Source of the DNA: Candidatus Bathyarchaeota archaeon
GTDB lineage: Archaea; Thermoproteota; Bathyarchaeia; Bathyarchaeales; Bathycorpusculaceae
Direction of reading: 5' to 3'
Assembly (NCBI GenBank): GCA_963780185.1
Contig: CAWABA010000011.1
Location: 1 to 64,000 of the forward strand
Length of the DNA: 64,000 bases
The notes beneath the pieces are model-generated. The model searched no databases. It saw only the letters and a list, made by a program, of their open reading frames with translations, and was not told the origin of the DNA. Every line of letters starts with the position of its first letter. The first letter of the stretch is position 1. Of this stretch, positions 61,670 through 64,000 are shown in pieces. A program made the translations under genes and the position numbers.

Positions 61670-62157
61670 GCGCCCAACTCTGGAATAAGTTGGGTGAAAA
61701 TCATGTGTGCTAGTTTGGCTGGGTGGAGTTTCCCATGCATTCGATGGTCTATGCCTCTTTCTTTGGCGATGTCCAAGAGGTATTGCCGTGTTTGGGCGAG
61801 GAAGGCTGTGTCGGTTACTTCTTCGGGGTTGTCGTGCCAGTACCAGACTTTTAGGCCGTGGCTGGTGGTGTAGGTTATGATGGCTTTGAGTTTTAGGGTG
61901 GGGTGGTAGCCGAGGAGTATGGCTTGTTTGGGGTAGAGTTTGGTGACTTGGAGGTCGTTGACGGCTGCGACTTCGAGTAGGGTGCTGGAGAGTTTGGCTT
62001 CGGCGGTGAGGCGGGTTTGGTTGACGTATTGGCGGGTGGTTTTGAGTTTTTCTGCGATGTTGGTTACGGTGAGGCCTGTGCTGATTAGTTGCCAGATGAG
62101 TTTTTGACGTTCGCTCAGAGGCGAGGATACGGAGCAGTTTAGGGGCATAACGCTCAC
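61666..62157 (-). CDS. HTH transcriptional regulator (LuxR/sigma-70 region 4-like N-terminal HTH)
   Basis: LSERQKLIWQLISTGLTVTNIAEKLKTTRQYVNQT. Confidence 0.75.
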   Translation of the reverse strand: MSVMPLNCSVSSPLSERQKLIWQLISTGLTVTNIAEKLKTTRQYVNQTRLTAEAKLSSTLLEVAAVNDLQVTKLYPKQAILLGYHPTLKLKAIITYTTSHGLKVWYWHDNPEEVTDTAFLAQTRQYLLDIAKERGIDHRMHGKLHPAKLAHMIFTQLIPELGA

Positions 62158-62304
62158 GTGTAAATACGTATCTATTTACAAATATTTAAGGTTTAAGCTT
62201 ACCTGCATGCTCACCAGGCACCAACACATGGGAATATTCCAAAAACTCAAAGCAAAAACCACACCACCCCCACACCGCCCCAGCTAAAAAATGCAGAAGA
62301 TTCA

Positions 62305-62385
62305 AGCCCCAAAGCAAAAAAGCAACCCAAAACAAGCACCTCGAAAAACACCCTACCTAAGAAGGGGTCTACTATTTACAACAAA
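62305..62385 (+). repeat. Dispersed intergenic repeat copy
   Basis: aaaaaagcaacccaaaacaagc...ccctacc...ggggtctactatttaca closely matches 31251-31319. Confidence 0.7.
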
Positions 62386-62416
62386 AAACAACCACAAAAA
62401 TGGAGCGAAAACTTGG

Positions 62417-63647
62417 TTATCGGAAAAGTCTCAAAGCAAAGAAGGCGATTAAGAAGACAACGGCTGTAATGATGAACATTGGAACGTAGTTCAGATGGAA
62501 TGCTAGATAGGGTCCGAGGAAGGCGCCCAAAGCTGCTCCTAAACTGACCATTCCGTCGAAAAGCCCTGCTTTTCCCTGAGGAATAACCTCCATCGAAAGG
62601 GAAATCATCATGATGTAGTACATGGCGTAGGCAAACCCGATGAAAATCAACAGGATACCCGTCATTATTTTAGGCTGAAAAGAAAACAAGATTACCCCGA
62701 CAAGAGAAAAAATAAGCACGCTTCGAAATAGGACATAACGCGGCATCTGTTTTCTTATATCCATCAAATGTGCTTGGCGACCAACCAGGAAATAACCTGT
62801 TGTTCCCCCAACCGAATTTAAAATGTAGGCGACGTAAACCCAGCTCGTTGACAAATGTAAACCGTCCCTGAGAAAGATGGGCAGGGGCGTGAAGAAGAGG
62901 CTGGTTGCAAGGGCAAACAAAACTATCGCTAGCGCGAACCCGGCGAAGCTTGTCTCCTTAAGTGAACCGTCCCAACGCAGCCCATCCATCAACTTGCCTG
63001 AACCTTCAAAGCCGCGGTTAGCGAAATCCATTTTTCTCTCGATGCCGACCAGACGCCGCTCAAAAATCATCAAAGGGTCAGCAATCAGAAGCACCGCCAG
63101 AACCAAAGCCAACACACTAAGACCGCTGCAGAGATAAAGCGTGTAAGTTGACAGGGCAGAGAAGCTAAGTGAAGATGCGAACAGAATTATCCCCATCGCT
63201 AAACCTACGATGGTGCCGATTTCGGTGATGCCTTCATAGAACCCGAAGGTTCTCTCCCAGTTGCTGCGGCTATAATGCTCGGTGACAAGCACGTTCTTAG
63301 GCGATTCATGCGCGACATGAAGCATCTGCATAGCCACATACAAACCGACAAACACAATCAGGTTCTGCGCAAAAGGAAGCGTCATCAGGAAAAGAATCGT
63401 TGCGATCGACGCAAATGAAAGAAGAATAAAGATTTTGTAGTGACGGGTGGCATCGCAGAGATACCCCCAAAGAAACGAGGCGGGAATCGAGCAGAAAATC
63501 GCGATGGAAGTCATGACGCCTAAAGCAAGTAAGCGGTCCGCCCAAGATGCTGGTATTCTTAAACGCCACGACATAGAGCGGTATGAAGACAGTTAGCAAT
63601 CCAAAAGCCATATCATGGAAGAAGAACCCTAACCGCCACATAGCCAA
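62417..63647 (-). CDS. MFS transporter (frameshift near 63535)
   Basis: WGYLCDATRHYK motif A-like, about 12 TMs; N-terminal TM lies in the overlapping ORF 63306-63647. Confidence 0.85.
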
Positions 63648-63790
63648 AACTGCACTCCTATGTTGGATTAAAGCTTTTGCCTACCCAACACTGAGACATT
63701 TAAAAAAGCTGCCATAGAGACGTTTCCCTCATAAATGCTTAATAGAGAGATAGCTCAAATTCATACTCCGCTGGAGAGTAAAATCAGCAA

Positions 63791-64000
63791 ATGGCAAAAT
63801 TCAAGATTATAGTTTCAGATCCCGAGGCAGGAACATCAAAAGTGGTAGAGCTAGAAGAAGCACGGGCAGCACCCTTCATCGGCAGAAGAGTCGGAGAAAC
63901 AATGGACGGCTCAATAGTTGACCTGCCAGCTCACAAAGTCCTAATAACAGGCGGCTCAGACAAAGACGGCGTTCCAATCAGAGGAAACGTCCACGGCGGA
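63791..64000 (+). CDS. rps6e: 30S ribosomal protein S6e (partial)
   Basis: MAKFKIIVSDPEAG...FIGRRVGETMDG...ITGGSDKDGVP. Confidence 0.93.
   Translation, partial: MAKFKIIVSDPEAGTSKVVELEEARAAPFIGRRVGETMDGSIVDLPAHKVLITGGSDKDGVPIRGNVHGG

Noticed and set aside
57654-62157. Integron or DGR as the explanation for the cassette array
   Set aside because: No tyrosine recombinase, attC-like hairpins, reverse transcriptase or TR/VR pair seen in the window.
55476-62400. Integrated element at tRNA-Leu
   Set aside because: No duplicated tRNA 3' end and no integrase found downstream.

Overview
Archaeal chromosomal segment, most likely Bathyarchaeia (inferred from the cdhABCDE Wood-Ljungdahl operon, F420 genes, RFC, Rpo12, S6e, deoxyhypusine synthases and PQQ-propeller surface proteins). 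Most of it is housekeeping or metabolic: ACDS complex with CooC, metal/redox genes, an H+-ATPase, cofC/cofE, a GCS2/RimK ligase cluster, argS, RFC, tRNA modification, sugar-nucleotide genes, guaA and tRNA-Leu(GAG). Many genes carry single-base frameshifts that look like long-read errors. The most unusual element is at 57.6-62.2 kb: an HTH regulator gene followed by four unrelated membrane proteins that share only an N-terminal 'KxLxxxIRGW[FL]P' peptide. The downstream members are each preceded by a decayed copy of the regulator's 3' end, suggesting a recombination-fed array of exchangeable sensor cassettes. Other items of note: a small foreign island with a tRNA-like RNA (25.6 kb), a Doc-type toxin-antitoxin module bracketed by a duplicated DHS 3' end, and a dispersed family of A/C-rich intergenic repeats.
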